A stretch of DNA of 45,904 bases from Dirinaria sp. TL-2023a (lineage: Eukaryota), in NCBI GenBank assembly GCA_051941275.1, contig JAVEBF010000029.1:1-45904 (forward strand), in the 5' to 3' direction. Position numbers and translations under genes: made by a program. This document shows positions 35,962-45,904 of this stretch, in pieces. The notes under the pieces are model-generated. The model worked only from the letters and a program-made list of their open reading frames with translations, did not search any database and was not told where the DNA came from. Positions within the stretch are counted from its first letter, which is position 1; every line of letters starts with the position of its first letter.

Positions 35962-36984
35962 ATGGCGTCCGTGCTTCTATTGCGGTCACTGGCCGTAAAG
36001 CCTACTGGCTCCTCGCTCCCTCGTCTCGTTCGCTCTTACTCGTCCCCAGTCACTGCAACATACGAGAACCTGCTTGTCTCTACCCCCAAGCCGGGCGTTG
36101 GCCTCAGTAAGCTGAATCTCCTTGTCCACCCTTTCATTCCGCACCGCGTTCGCCGCTGACATTCGCTGATCCACTAGCATCCTCCAGTCACCTTGAACCG
36201 CCCTCGTGCGCTCAACGCCCTCTCCTCCGCGCTCTTCGTTGAACTCAACGATGCCTTCCGCCAATTCGACGAGGATGGCACGACTGGTGCCATCGTGCTC
36301 ACCGGCTCAGAAAAGGCTTTTGCCGCAGGGGCCGATATCAAAGAGATGAAAGACTTGACATTCAGCCAAGCCTACAACACCAATTTCATAGCATCTTGGT
36401 CCGCCACCATCCCCAATGTCCGCAAACCGATCATCGCAGCCGTGAACGGCGTTGCTCTGGGCGGAGGTTGCGAGTTGGCGATGATGGCCGATATCATATA
36501 CTGTTCTGAGACGGCTACGTTTGGCCAGCCAGAGATAAAGCTGGGGATCATCCCCGGTGCGGGCGGCTCACAGCGACTTTCGAGGGCAATTGGGAAGAGC
36601 AGGGCAATGGAGCTGATATTGACTGGGAAAAACTTTAGTGGCAAGGAGGCGGCTGACTGGGGTGTCGCTGCCCGAGCGTTTGGAAGTCCTGAGGAGTGTG
36701 TCGACGCAGCGATTGATACTGCAGGCAAGATCGCAGGCATGTCGAGAGTCGCGGTGAAAGGAGCGAAGGAGGTAGTTAACCAAAGTCAAGAGCTACCGCT
36801 GCGGCACGGTTTGGAATTTGAGAGAACAGTCTTCCATGGCATGTTTGGCAGTCGGGATCAGAAGATCGGTAAGTGGAAATTATGGAATAATTTTTCTCCT
36901 CGTTCTTTTCAAAATCGCTAACGATTTTCTACAGGTATGTCTGCCTTCATTGACAAGAAGAAGCCGGAATGGTCACATGAGTAG
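35962..36984 (+). CDS. echA: Mitochondrial short-chain enoyl-CoA hydratase (crotonase), 3 exons
   Basis: LNRPRALNAL, AFAAGADIKEM, ALGGGCELAM and FGQPEIKLGIIPGAGGSQRL retain both catalytic Glu. Presequence-like N-terminus; ends KKPEWSHE*. Confidence 0.93.
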
Positions 36985-37319
36985 CAAAGAATTTTTTCTC
37001 AAGCGGTCTCATTTCCCATGGTGTTGTGCTTCGTATGGTTTACGCCCACGGTGAAAAGCTGCACAACCTAGCCATCATAACCCCGTTACAAAATCTCCAT
37101 ATCAAAAAATCACGCAGTACGCCGTATCTTGGTGTGAAAGTCCACCTGTCACCGTATCCCTCACAAAACTCACTTTTTTTCCTAAGTTCGACCCCCTCTC
37201 TCCGCACTGCGGTACTTACCAATCGAGCATTCATATCGAGATACAGCAGTAAGGTAACCTAATAGCTCCGAGAGAACCCCGGAAAGAGAGCAAAAAACAG
37301 AGGTAGGTAGTTGCCTTTC

Positions 37320-38430
37320 CGAACCAAAAAAAAAAATTTGCAAATTTTGCGGTAGGTAAGGTAAAGAAGAGAGAGAGCTGGCTTCTTCAACGTGCATTCC
37401 TTGTCAAAGTTTCTAGATTTTGCTTCTCCTAAGTAGAAGATTGGAAGAACGCCATTTTTCATGCTCATTCTTACACAGAGAGAGAGAGAGAGATTTGAGT
37501 GCTATTATTTGCAATGAGGAGGTGGAAAGGGGGGACCCGTTCGTATATTGTTTATTGGCAATTAAGTTGGCATATCCTTCCCCGATGAATGCTGCGCTGC
37601 TTTTTCTTGGTAGCGTTTACCCAAGTATCTTACGTACCGTGACGGATTAAGGTAACTTACCTAGGTGCTGATCAGTAATGTACCTGGCGAAGGAAGGGAG
37701 CGCTCACTTACTGGACTACCTTTCTTTACCATAAGGTAGCCAGCCCTAAAGCTCAATAACCTCCTTATGTATATAATCACATGCTACCAGCTCTCGAGTT
37801 CGATCCACGCCGCCGCTGCTACTCCATGAAATGCATTTCAGCACCCAAGAGTCAAAGGGCGCACTACAAAAAAAAAAAAGACAAAAGCTCAGGCCAACCC
37901 CCCCCCTTTGTTGGGGAGGAGCAGGGCCTTACCAAACTCCCTCCTGGTATGTACACCCCGTAATGCACCAATAAGGGCAGAGAGAGAAGGCCAGAAGTTT
38001 CAGGCTTTCATTATTATTGGGGGGTTTTGGGATGTACTTTAATCAGCGTCAGTGGCTTAACCACATAGATACTGCGCCATCCCACTCCCGCTTGTGATTT
38101 CCTGGGAGCTAAGCTGACTATCTATTGGAAATATAAACACCAGAAAAAAAACAAAAAAAAAAAAAAGAGCTATAAGGCTATGGAAATGCCCATTTTCCAT
38201 TCTATTCTGTAAGTAATTTCCTCCACACTACTTAGCCGCTCTGAGGCATGTATGTACCTATGTACATATATTTGAATCTGAGCGATTCAATGCAGCAGCA
38301 TTGGCAAAATTTGGAGCAAAGGGGTAGTCAGTGATCTATTGCGAATTTTTTTTTTTTTTTTGGGGGGGGCTTCGAAGCCGGTTGATTGATTCCTGTACTA
38401 ATCTGGCGGCTTTTTTTTTTTTTTTTTTTT
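37320..38430. repeat. Low-complexity intergenic tract: poly-A/poly-T runs and (GA)n
   Basis: A-runs near 37326, 37868 and 38144-38166, T-runs at 38346-38361 and 38411-38430, (GA)n at ~37478-37492. Confidence 0.8.
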
Positions 38431-38590
38431 AATGTTTTGCTGTATGTACGTACACGCATGTAGAAAACAGCTGAGATCGCACGAACAAACACCTGGAAAC
38501 CCTCCCTTTTTTCAGTTTTGCACGCAATGCCATTGCTTTACATACATACGTGCATGCCATAACGGCCTGCTTCTTTTATTTCTTTCGCCT

Positions 38591-40860
38591 TCAAACCGGT
38601 TTCAACAACTTGCTCTCCTTGTCGTATCTCGAATTATCCTTCATCAGCTTCGTAAATGCCTTCTTCCGCTCGTCGTCCACCACCTGCGTCTTGTAAATGG
38701 CGACCAATTTGGTGACCGAGATTCCCTGAGGTGGGATCTTGGACCGCAACTCCTCGGCTGTAGGGAGCGGCAGGACGGCGCTTTCGGTCGCTGGTAAGGG
38801 AAATATTAGCCATCAAGTTCATTCAGAGCGTAATGGCATGAATATATCATGGAGCTTACCAGGTGTCCCAGTCCGTGCAGGCGGCGCTGAAGGACTGCCT
38901 GCTCTGCTTAGCTGCGGCGTGCCATTGGCCGACGGTTGCGAAAGCTTGAGTTTAACGCGTCTCCGGGTATTGTCGCTCATTTCGCCGCCGGATCCAGCAG
39001 CTTCGCCTTCGCTTCCCGAACCCGCGTTGGAGCGCGGACGCTTGCTTCCGACGGCGGGCGCTGACGAGCTCGGTGGTGCCAGGTTGGGAGACATAGGCCT
39101 GGATGGCGGCTGTGGCGGCTGAGACGCCGCAAAACCGTTCTTTTTATGCTTCTTGCGCGAAGACTCGTTCCCGCTAGCCTCTGACATGTTTGGTGACCCA
39201 GGTCGTTTGAGCGAGGAGGATGGTTTGGTGGGAGGTAAAGGGTTCTTGCTGGCGCGGCCCGAGGGGGTGTTGGTGCCGCGAGACGAGGCTCCAGAGGAGA
39301 TCTTGGGCGTTTTGGCCTTCTCGCGATCCGATGCGTTGGCGGCTTTGGCTTCCTCCTTTTTTCGCTCTTCCGCTTTCGCTAGCTCTGCTTCAGTATCTTC
39401 CGACTCGCTCTGCATGCCACATGTAAGCAAGATGTTCCAAGACGACTGATGCTAGGGGAACGTACCGATTCGGAATATGGGTCTTGGCCAGAGTCAGATT
39501 CGTAAATATAATTCTTCTCTCGTTTAACAATTGTCTTTTTAACCCTCTTTCCGAACTGCTTCAGCTGGGCATTTGCCTTTCTCTCCTCCTCCGACTGCTC
39601 TTCGTATTCCTTCTCGTCCCGCATGTCGAAAGCATTCGCCTGTAGCTGATCCAGCTTGATACGGGTTTCTGCTTCCTTTTCCTCTGCATCTTTCGCAGCT
39701 TCCATGTAGGGTGTTTCCTCATCGTCTGCGAATCGGTCTTCTTCAAAGTCCAATTCATCGACTTCCCCATGTTCTGCTTTGAAGTTCATGTTATCATCCT
39801 TTCGGTCCATATCCTCAGTCTTCCCCACCACGAAAAGCCCTTTGGCAATCCTCTTATGCAGTCCTTCCTTCTCGTCTCTGAGCTTACGTTCCTGTGTTTG
39901 TTTAGTCCACACAGCTTCTTTAGGTTTTGCATCCATCTTCTTCTCTGCTTCTTCGAGACTGTATGTTTTGATTTTGTTCTTCTTCTGGTTAAACTTGTAC
40001 CATTTCTCAAGGGGGATGATTCGGAAGACGCCGCCGTCATAGTTTAGGGCAATATATTGGCCCGACAGCGCTTCTTCATAGCTCCCAACCCAAATACTCT
40101 TGTTGTCAAAGTCTTCTAAGTGCCATGGCAGCGTCTCTTCGTACTTCAACTTGGACCGAGCTTTTTGCTCTTCAGTCTGGTCATTTCGATATACTGTCTG
40201 TACCTTCTTGCCAAAGGGGATCTTCCGTTGAGCTGGGCCTTTTTCCGCAGAGGGCGCAATTTGAGCCGCGTCTGCTTCCCGCTGTGCTTCTCTCTCCGTC
40301 TTTTCCCTGTCTCTCCTCTCCCGTTCCTCTGTCGGCAGGCCATCGTCGTCCTCGTCTTTGAAGCCGTCCGCTACTCCAGGCTTCATCCGAGGGTCTCGTC
40401 GGTGGAGCCGTACTGGTCTTGTGAACACGTCTGAATCAGTAGGATCGACATTTTGCCTGCTCGCGAATCTTGCCACATGATGCCGTAACCCCTCCATCAG
40501 TTCCCGCTTCGTAGTAACCAATGGGATGTCGGTATAGGATCCCTTGACAGGCTCCGTAAAGGCACTAGTCGCGATTCCTGATCCAGCGACAGAAGCGAGA
40601 GGAGGGGGTTTGTTGGAGCGTACGTCTGGTTGTCTTGGCTTTCCCAGAGGATGGAGCATGTTCTGCTGCGGTCCACGAGCGAGTATTGCAGCGCCATCAG
40701 GGCGACCTCCCACCGTACCATTTGCAAGATTTGGCTGTGGTGGGCGCTTCTTCTTGTTCGGGCGCATAAGAGGGTCGGCGGTCTTAGGCCTACGCATGAC
40801 CTGAGGGCCTGCTCCATTTGGAGTACGGCCAGGCGTACGATCTGCTGGCGAGGCACTCAT
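38591..40860 (-). CDS. TFG1: TFIIF large (alpha) subunit, 3 exons
   Basis: GLRHHVARF, FTRPVRLHRRDP, KYEETLPWHLEDFDNK, WVGSYE, PLEKWYKF and the acidic FADDEE tract. The last exon encodes ...IPPQGISVTKLV...YDKESKLLKPV*. Confidence 0.94.
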
Positions 40861-42157
40861 AGTGGCGGATGATAGGAAAGAGTCGCGCCGGCGCAGTGTT
40901 TCGTAGATGCAGTGAGTGATTGGAGCCAAGTTTGAATGAGTCCTTCAAAACCATCAGCAGTGACAGCTAACCGAGCAAGTTGATGGAGCGATACGGGAGA
41001 CACGATGTCCTTCAGGACGCCATGAGGTTGGGTTACCAGGAAAGCTACGGACTTCGTAGCTTGTGATCTTTGTGTAGCAAGGTGGTATGCCTGCAATAGA
41101 TGTGCAAAAAAGAGCTAGGGAGAATAGCTCATTGATCCCAATCCGGCTGTGTTCAACATGCGTGGAGTGTCGGGGTTTACTAAAAAGCTCCGTGGTTTCA
41201 GCCAATCAACACTTTCAAAGCGGCTGGCGGCTAACGGCGTGTCTTAGTGGCTTATACCCCAGTCATTTATGTTTCCTAAATCAGCTAAACACTCGGCCCG
41301 AAGCAGCTAGCTGCTTTCAAAATTTACCGCGGCTATTTTGTCACAAGCGGCAGTGTGCTAAGGGCAATCAGTAGTGACTCCAAAATGCAGAGGGACATGC
41401 ACTGAACTGAAACCCTATCGAAGGAATTTTCATTTTTGGGGCACTATGTGATTTATCCTTGATCCAGCTATTTCCATCTTAGGCTACGTCATCGACTACT
41501 AGATTAGTCTCTACCTGGAGAAACTGTTGGACGTTGGTGTTAAGATCAGAAGCAATTTCTCGTATTTCACGCTCAACCCAGCACTCAGAAAAGCAAGCGG
41601 ACATTCACTTTAACGGGGTCTGAATTAGCTATTGACACTCATTCCAAGTTGGCTGTCAATCTCGAAACTAAACCTTCAGAGTCGGATTATTGTCCTTCTC
41701 GCGGTTTTAGGGTTATAAAGCGCTTGGCACTAAAAGCCCCCTTTCCTTTCTTTCATACCTTACTACATGACCCTTCCGATAAAGCTGTCGACTACCTAAA
41801 CATACCTTATGAAGCTCTAAGTGAACCACCAAGGTACCTAGTCAGCATATAGTGCGCTTAGTCATAACGGGAACGGCGCCTTCTACATGGCAAGCTTCAT
41901 CGCTCCAAATCTGTCATCTTCCCCTTTGTAAAAAGAGTCACTGCCACAAGATTATCACGCAACATAGCCGTCCCTACAGCCTGACTCTTTGTGTTCAGCT
42001 AGCAGGACTTTCACGTCTGATAAAACCTCCCCAGTTGGTGGGAAACTCTAAAAAGCATCCATGTCCTGAGATCTCTATACCTCGGCTAGCCATATTGAGG
42101 GATACGGGCTCTCGTTGCAGGTTGCGTGTATAGATTTCGCCAGATTTCGGCTTCCAA

Positions 42158-45100
42158 ATGGACGATCCAGCCATCGTCTCTGCAGGCAGAGGCTCTAAAG
42201 GAAGCAAGCCGCCTTCCTCACATACTAACCTAACAGCTCAGGTATTAGAAGCACAAGGGCAGCCAAGATCGCAAAATCTGCGTTTTGGAGGACGAAAAAG
42301 TGACAACGCATTCGAGGATCGAATAGCTATGATGATCCAAGGCCACAATCGCTCCGGAACCAATCCCAGAGTTGATGACAACTTGACAAATAATAAAGGC
42401 TCTGTATCTACCAATGGCCTACAACGGTCTAGTGTGGTGGATGATTTCCAGCGACCAAATTGTGTGGAAGGACCGCTCCCCAAACAACCCGATAACAACT
42501 CTTTTCTATCTACCGTAGCCAATGGCCATAACTCAACCAAACAAGCGGCAATTACGCCACCGCAAAGAGGCTCATTACCTGCTCAGCATACCGCAAATCA
42601 TGCACCTGCTAATTCAACAGCTACTTTCAAGGATTCACATCCAACTCAAGATCTAACGAAGGTCGCTCCTGGCTCCGGTGCAAGCATGCCTGCATCGGCG
42701 CAGATTTTTGACAGGAAAGCGCAGCCTTCCGGTTACCGACCCAGCCGAGATCCTCGCGCTCACACTAAACCCAACCAAAAGCAGCGACGTCAGGGAGCTA
42801 CGTCTCTCCAATATTTTGATCCATCGTCCAGCATCCAGAGAGCGTCATCAATTCCGGATCAGTATAATCCACAGCAGACAATGCAGAGCCAACAGATGCG
42901 CGAGCCTACAGCACAGTACCAATCTACCAACCTACCACCGCACCTACGCGCGATACAGCAACAATCTGCGCGGCAAGATAATCATGGCTGGAACCATGCA
43001 CCGAAACCAGAACGGGATAGCTACAGTGGGCCGCCAGCGTTACAACCCACAAGCTATCCTCCAACGTTGCGGACTAGCCGGGCTCAATCCTACCAGCAGT
43101 CTGCCCCTGTCGATCGGTCTAATCATAGACAGCGTCAGCTGTTTGATCCGCATTCTGATCGAAGGCCGACTTTTAGTCAAAACGGAGACTGGATGGTATC
43201 GCATGCGTTGAAAAATCAGTCTGATTTCTTAGATCAGCTAGCCTCCTCAGAGGTTCCAAAAGCGCAAATAGGCTACCAGGAGCTGACAGAAAAGCAGAAC
43301 TTGAGGTTAAAGCTTCAAAAGGTTTGTCAAGAGACCATACTGGAGTTTGAATTAGTACGAAATCCCAACTTCGATGGCCGCACAATTTCGTTGGAATGCT
43401 TTGGAAGTTTGGGCTCCGGTTTTGCGATTGCTGGATCAGACATGGACCTCGCACTCCTCTCACCTTTGTCGCATCCCGAGCCAGCGTCGAATGAGTCGGA
43501 GATACCAAGGCTACTAGAGAAAAGACTTCTGGACCTGGGCTATGGTGCAAGGCTACTCACGAGAACAAGGGTCCCCATCATTCGATTCTGTGAGAAGCCA
43601 ACGCCAGGACTAGCTGAGGCAATGCGGGAAGCACGTTTAAGATGGGAGACTGAGAAGGAAGCTCCACCGAAACCGAAGACGACTAAGAAAGACAAAAAAG
43701 CAAACGCTGTCGAAGCGACTGCAGCTGATGCTTCGCGAAGTAAAGACGATGACAACTCTAATGAAGCTCTAGGACAACAGCAGGCGCCAAGTCCCACAGT
43801 CAACAGCGTTGATGAGGCTTCAACGTCACTAGAGACTCTCCGTATTAGTGAGCTCTCCACAGCAACCGCTTTCAAAGCTGTAAACAGCATCTCAGACAAA
43901 ATCATTAATGAGGGACAAAAAGATCAAAAGCTCCAATCCGTTGATATAAGGACAGATGATGAGCTTGTTCGATTGTATGGACTAGCAATGAAGGAAGGAT
44001 GGTTCGATACCAATGAAAGAAGCGTGATATTTAACTTCGTACATGCGGTAAAGCTCCATGGCGCAGACACAGATCAAGGACACCTTAAGCAGGCTCGCGC
44101 TCAACTACATATCCTACCGGATGTGTTGGGCAGATACCGTGAGCCGCATGTGAATCCTTTAGACCTTCCGAAGTCAGGCGTCGGCATCCAATGTGACATA
44201 AACTTTTCTAACCAGCTTGCACTCCACAATACTAGCCTACTCCGATGCTATACGCTATGCGACCCTCGTGTTACGCCTATGGTCATCTTCGTTAAAGCAT
44301 GGACCAAGCGTCGCAAAATAAATAGCCCGTATCATGGAACGCTCTCATCATACGGTTATGTACTGATGGTTCTACACTATCTGATGAACGTCATTCAGCC
44401 CCCAGTCATACCAAATCTCCAAAATGGGCCTTACTTAGGAGATAGCCTAGTCATTGATGGATACAACGTTTGCTTCTGGCGCGATGAACATGATATACAG
44501 AGAATAGCAGCTTCAGGAGGGCTGACCCACAACCATTCAGATACGGTTGGATCTCTCCTCCGCGGGTTCTTCAAATATTTCGCACATCCATCCGACGGCG
44601 GTTTCCAATGGAATTTGGATGTGCTCTCACTACGGACGCCAGGAGGTCTGTTACGCAAGCAAGACAAGGGCTGGACAGGTGCGAAGACGGTGACCGTGGA
44701 GTCAAATGTACCTGGAGAAGAGGCCAAAGAAGTCAGACATCGTTACCTCTTTGCGATTGAGGACCCTTTTGAGCTTGAGCATAACATTGCGCGGACTGTC
44801 GTTCACAACGGCATTGTGGCTATTAGAGATGAGTTTCGACGAGCTCACAGAATAGTCCAGGCGCATAGCAGAAGTGTTGTGACCACTCGCGAAGAGATGC
44901 TCGCAGAAGCGGAAAGCAAAGAGCATTTGCAGTATCGATATTTCGGTCCAGTCATACCGGATTTCGGTAAGAAGAAGGATGCACCCAAGGCGAGCGGAGA
45001 ACAAGATGCGAAGCCAGGAAGTGCGAAGGGAGACCGTCAAATTCCTACTAACGCGCAAGAGGCTAAAGAAGTCACAGCTGCAGCAAAGGCCAATGCACAG

Positions 45101-45226
45101 GCACCACCAAAAAAAATTTTGGGCCAAGTAAACGAGCCATCGCAGGTGGCTCCGGTGCCCACGGTTCGAATCCCGACGTATGTCAAGGCCGCAGGGACCG
45201 CTGTTGTGACAACAGAGTACCAATAA
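42158..45226 (+). CDS. Cid1-family non-canonical poly(A)/poly(U) polymerase (terminal nucleotidyltransferase), single exon
   Basis: FGSLGSGFAIAGSDMDL (GS..DxD), RVPIIRF, QCDINF (third Asp), GTLSSYGYVLMVLHYL, and nucleotide-recognition motif FAIEDPFELEHNIAR. Confidence 0.93.
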   Translation: MDDPAIVSAGRGSKGSKPPSSHTNLTAQVLEAQGQPRSQNLRFGGRKSDNAFEDRIAMMIQGHNRSGTNPRVDDNLTNNKGSVSTNGLQRSSVVDDFQRPNCVEGPLPKQPDNNSFLSTVANGHNSTKQAAITPPQRGSLPAQHTANHAPANSTATFKDSHPTQDLTKVAPGSGASMPASAQIFDRKAQPSGYRPSRDPRAHTKPNQKQRRQGATSLQYFDPSSSIQRASSIPDQYNPQQTMQSQQMREPTAQYQSTNLPPHLRAIQQQSARQDNHGWNHAPKPERDSYSGPPALQPTSYPPTLRTSRAQSYQQSAPVDRSNHRQRQLFDPHSDRRPTFSQNGDWMVSHALKNQSDFLDQLASSEVPKAQIGYQELTEKQNLRLKLQKVCQETILEFELVRNPNFDGRTISLECFGSLGSGFAIAGSDMDLALLSPLSHPEPASNESEIPRLLEKRLLDLGYGARLLTRTRVPIIRFCEKPTPGLAEAMREARLRWETEKEAPPKPKTTKKDKKANAVEATAADASRSKDDDNSNEALGQQQAPSPTVNSVDEASTSLETLRISELSTATAFKAVNSISDKIINEGQKDQKLQSVDIRTDDELVRLYGLAMKEGWFDTNERSVIFNFVHAVKLHGADTDQGHLKQARAQLHILPDVLGRYREPHVNPLDLPKSGVGIQCDINFSNQLALHNTSLLRCYTLCDPRVTPMVIFVKAWTKRRKINSPYHGTLSSYGYVLMVLHYLMNVIQPPVIPNLQNGPYLGDSLVIDGYNVCFWRDEHDIQRIAASGGLTHNHSDTVGSLLRGFFKYFAHPSDGGFQWNLDVLSLRTPGGLLRKQDKGWTGAKTVTVESNVPGEEAKEVRHRYLFAIEDPFELEHNIARTVVHNGIVAIRDEFRRAHRIVQAHSRSVVTTREEMLAEAESKEHLQYRYFGPVIPDFGKKKDAPKASGEQDAKPGSAKGDRQIPTNAQEAKEVTAAAKANAQAPPKKILGQVNEPSQVAPVPTVRIPTYVKAAGTAVVTTEYQ

Positions 45227-45904
45227 TAGCTGTATCTACGACTGATATCTCAGGCTGGTGCACGATACCCGTTCACGCAGGGGTCAAGGGAGAATGTTTC
45301 AGCCGAGAGTAATTAATTCAGAAATTAATCTAATATAGGTAGGGATGGCAAGAGCTCCGAAGTGCCAAGAGCTACCTATAAAGTGCACCATGTGATACTT
45401 GTGCTTTTATCCTGGTTGATCGGGTAGCTTCATGAATTATACCATACTAGTGAAGACGCAATTCCTTTTGGTATCCTTGGCGTCTTCAATATATGAATTG
45501 GGCCGTCTAAATATGAACTCATTGCCTACATGTAACCGGGTAGATAACTAAGGTAAGATATCTTAAGGGAGTGTACCTTCTGTGCCCTAGCCGCTTGTCG
45601 AGGAGGTCTTATACATCCAGCCCTAATCAAACACGTGATGACAACATGTAACATCAATTAAGCGAGGACGAAGGTTCGAACGGGCCTGATCCACGAGTTG
45701 GAATCTTTTTACACAGTGAAAAAGGACAAACTATGCAGTAGAATCAGAAATCTAAAATGGCAAAAAGCTCAGGAAAGCCCCTTTTGGAGGCCTTCCCTAG
45801 AAAATCCCTCCTGGTATGCCCTGTACTATAAGGGGTGAGACCAGATTTCGGCTTCATTGAGATTTTTTGGGTCGGGTGTACCACTGCACCAAACGACCCG
45901 CTTG

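Noticed and set aside
37654..37720. ACTTACCT resembling the U1 snRNA 5' end
   Set aside because: No downstream U1A-binding loop (ATTGCAC) or recognisable U1 structure; it is part of a local AGGTA palindrome.
37790..37815. GAGTTCGATCC B-box/tRNA T-loop-like motif (also GGTTCGAATCC at ~45163)
   Set aside because: No T-stem pairing or cloverleaf around it; the second lies inside the nucleotidyltransferase CDS.

Overview
Eukaryotic, intron-containing DNA from a filamentous ascomycete (Pezizomycotina, inferred from short GT-AG introns with CTRAC branch points and from protein identities). No rRNA, tRNA, CRISPR array or intact transposon was seen. Left to right: a truncated RGG/Asn-Gln-His-rich gene that the ORF track misses; succinyl-CoA ligase beta (LSC2); a ~8 kb accessory block (about 2.9-10.4 kb) of minus-strand orphan genes and relics broken by RIP-like C>T stops, ending in a 3 x 71 bp tandem repeat beside a TATA box; a homeobox transcription factor with a 3.3 kb upstream region; then a dense core region with five head-to-head pairs (THOC1/Aquarius, TFB2/PAF1, Tc1-like HTH gene/RIB7 fusion, RER1/enoyl-CoA hydratase, TFG1/Cid1-family terminal nucleotidyltransferase). 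The best novelty candidate is at 31.1-34.0 kb. An apparently intact riboflavin-pathway reductase (RIB7) carries an N-terminal Mutator-transposase-like C2H2 (WRKY/GCM1-fold) domain. It is transcribed divergently from an intron-containing gene encoding only a Tc1/IS630-type DNA-binding module. All family calls come from motif recognition by eye; no database search was run.
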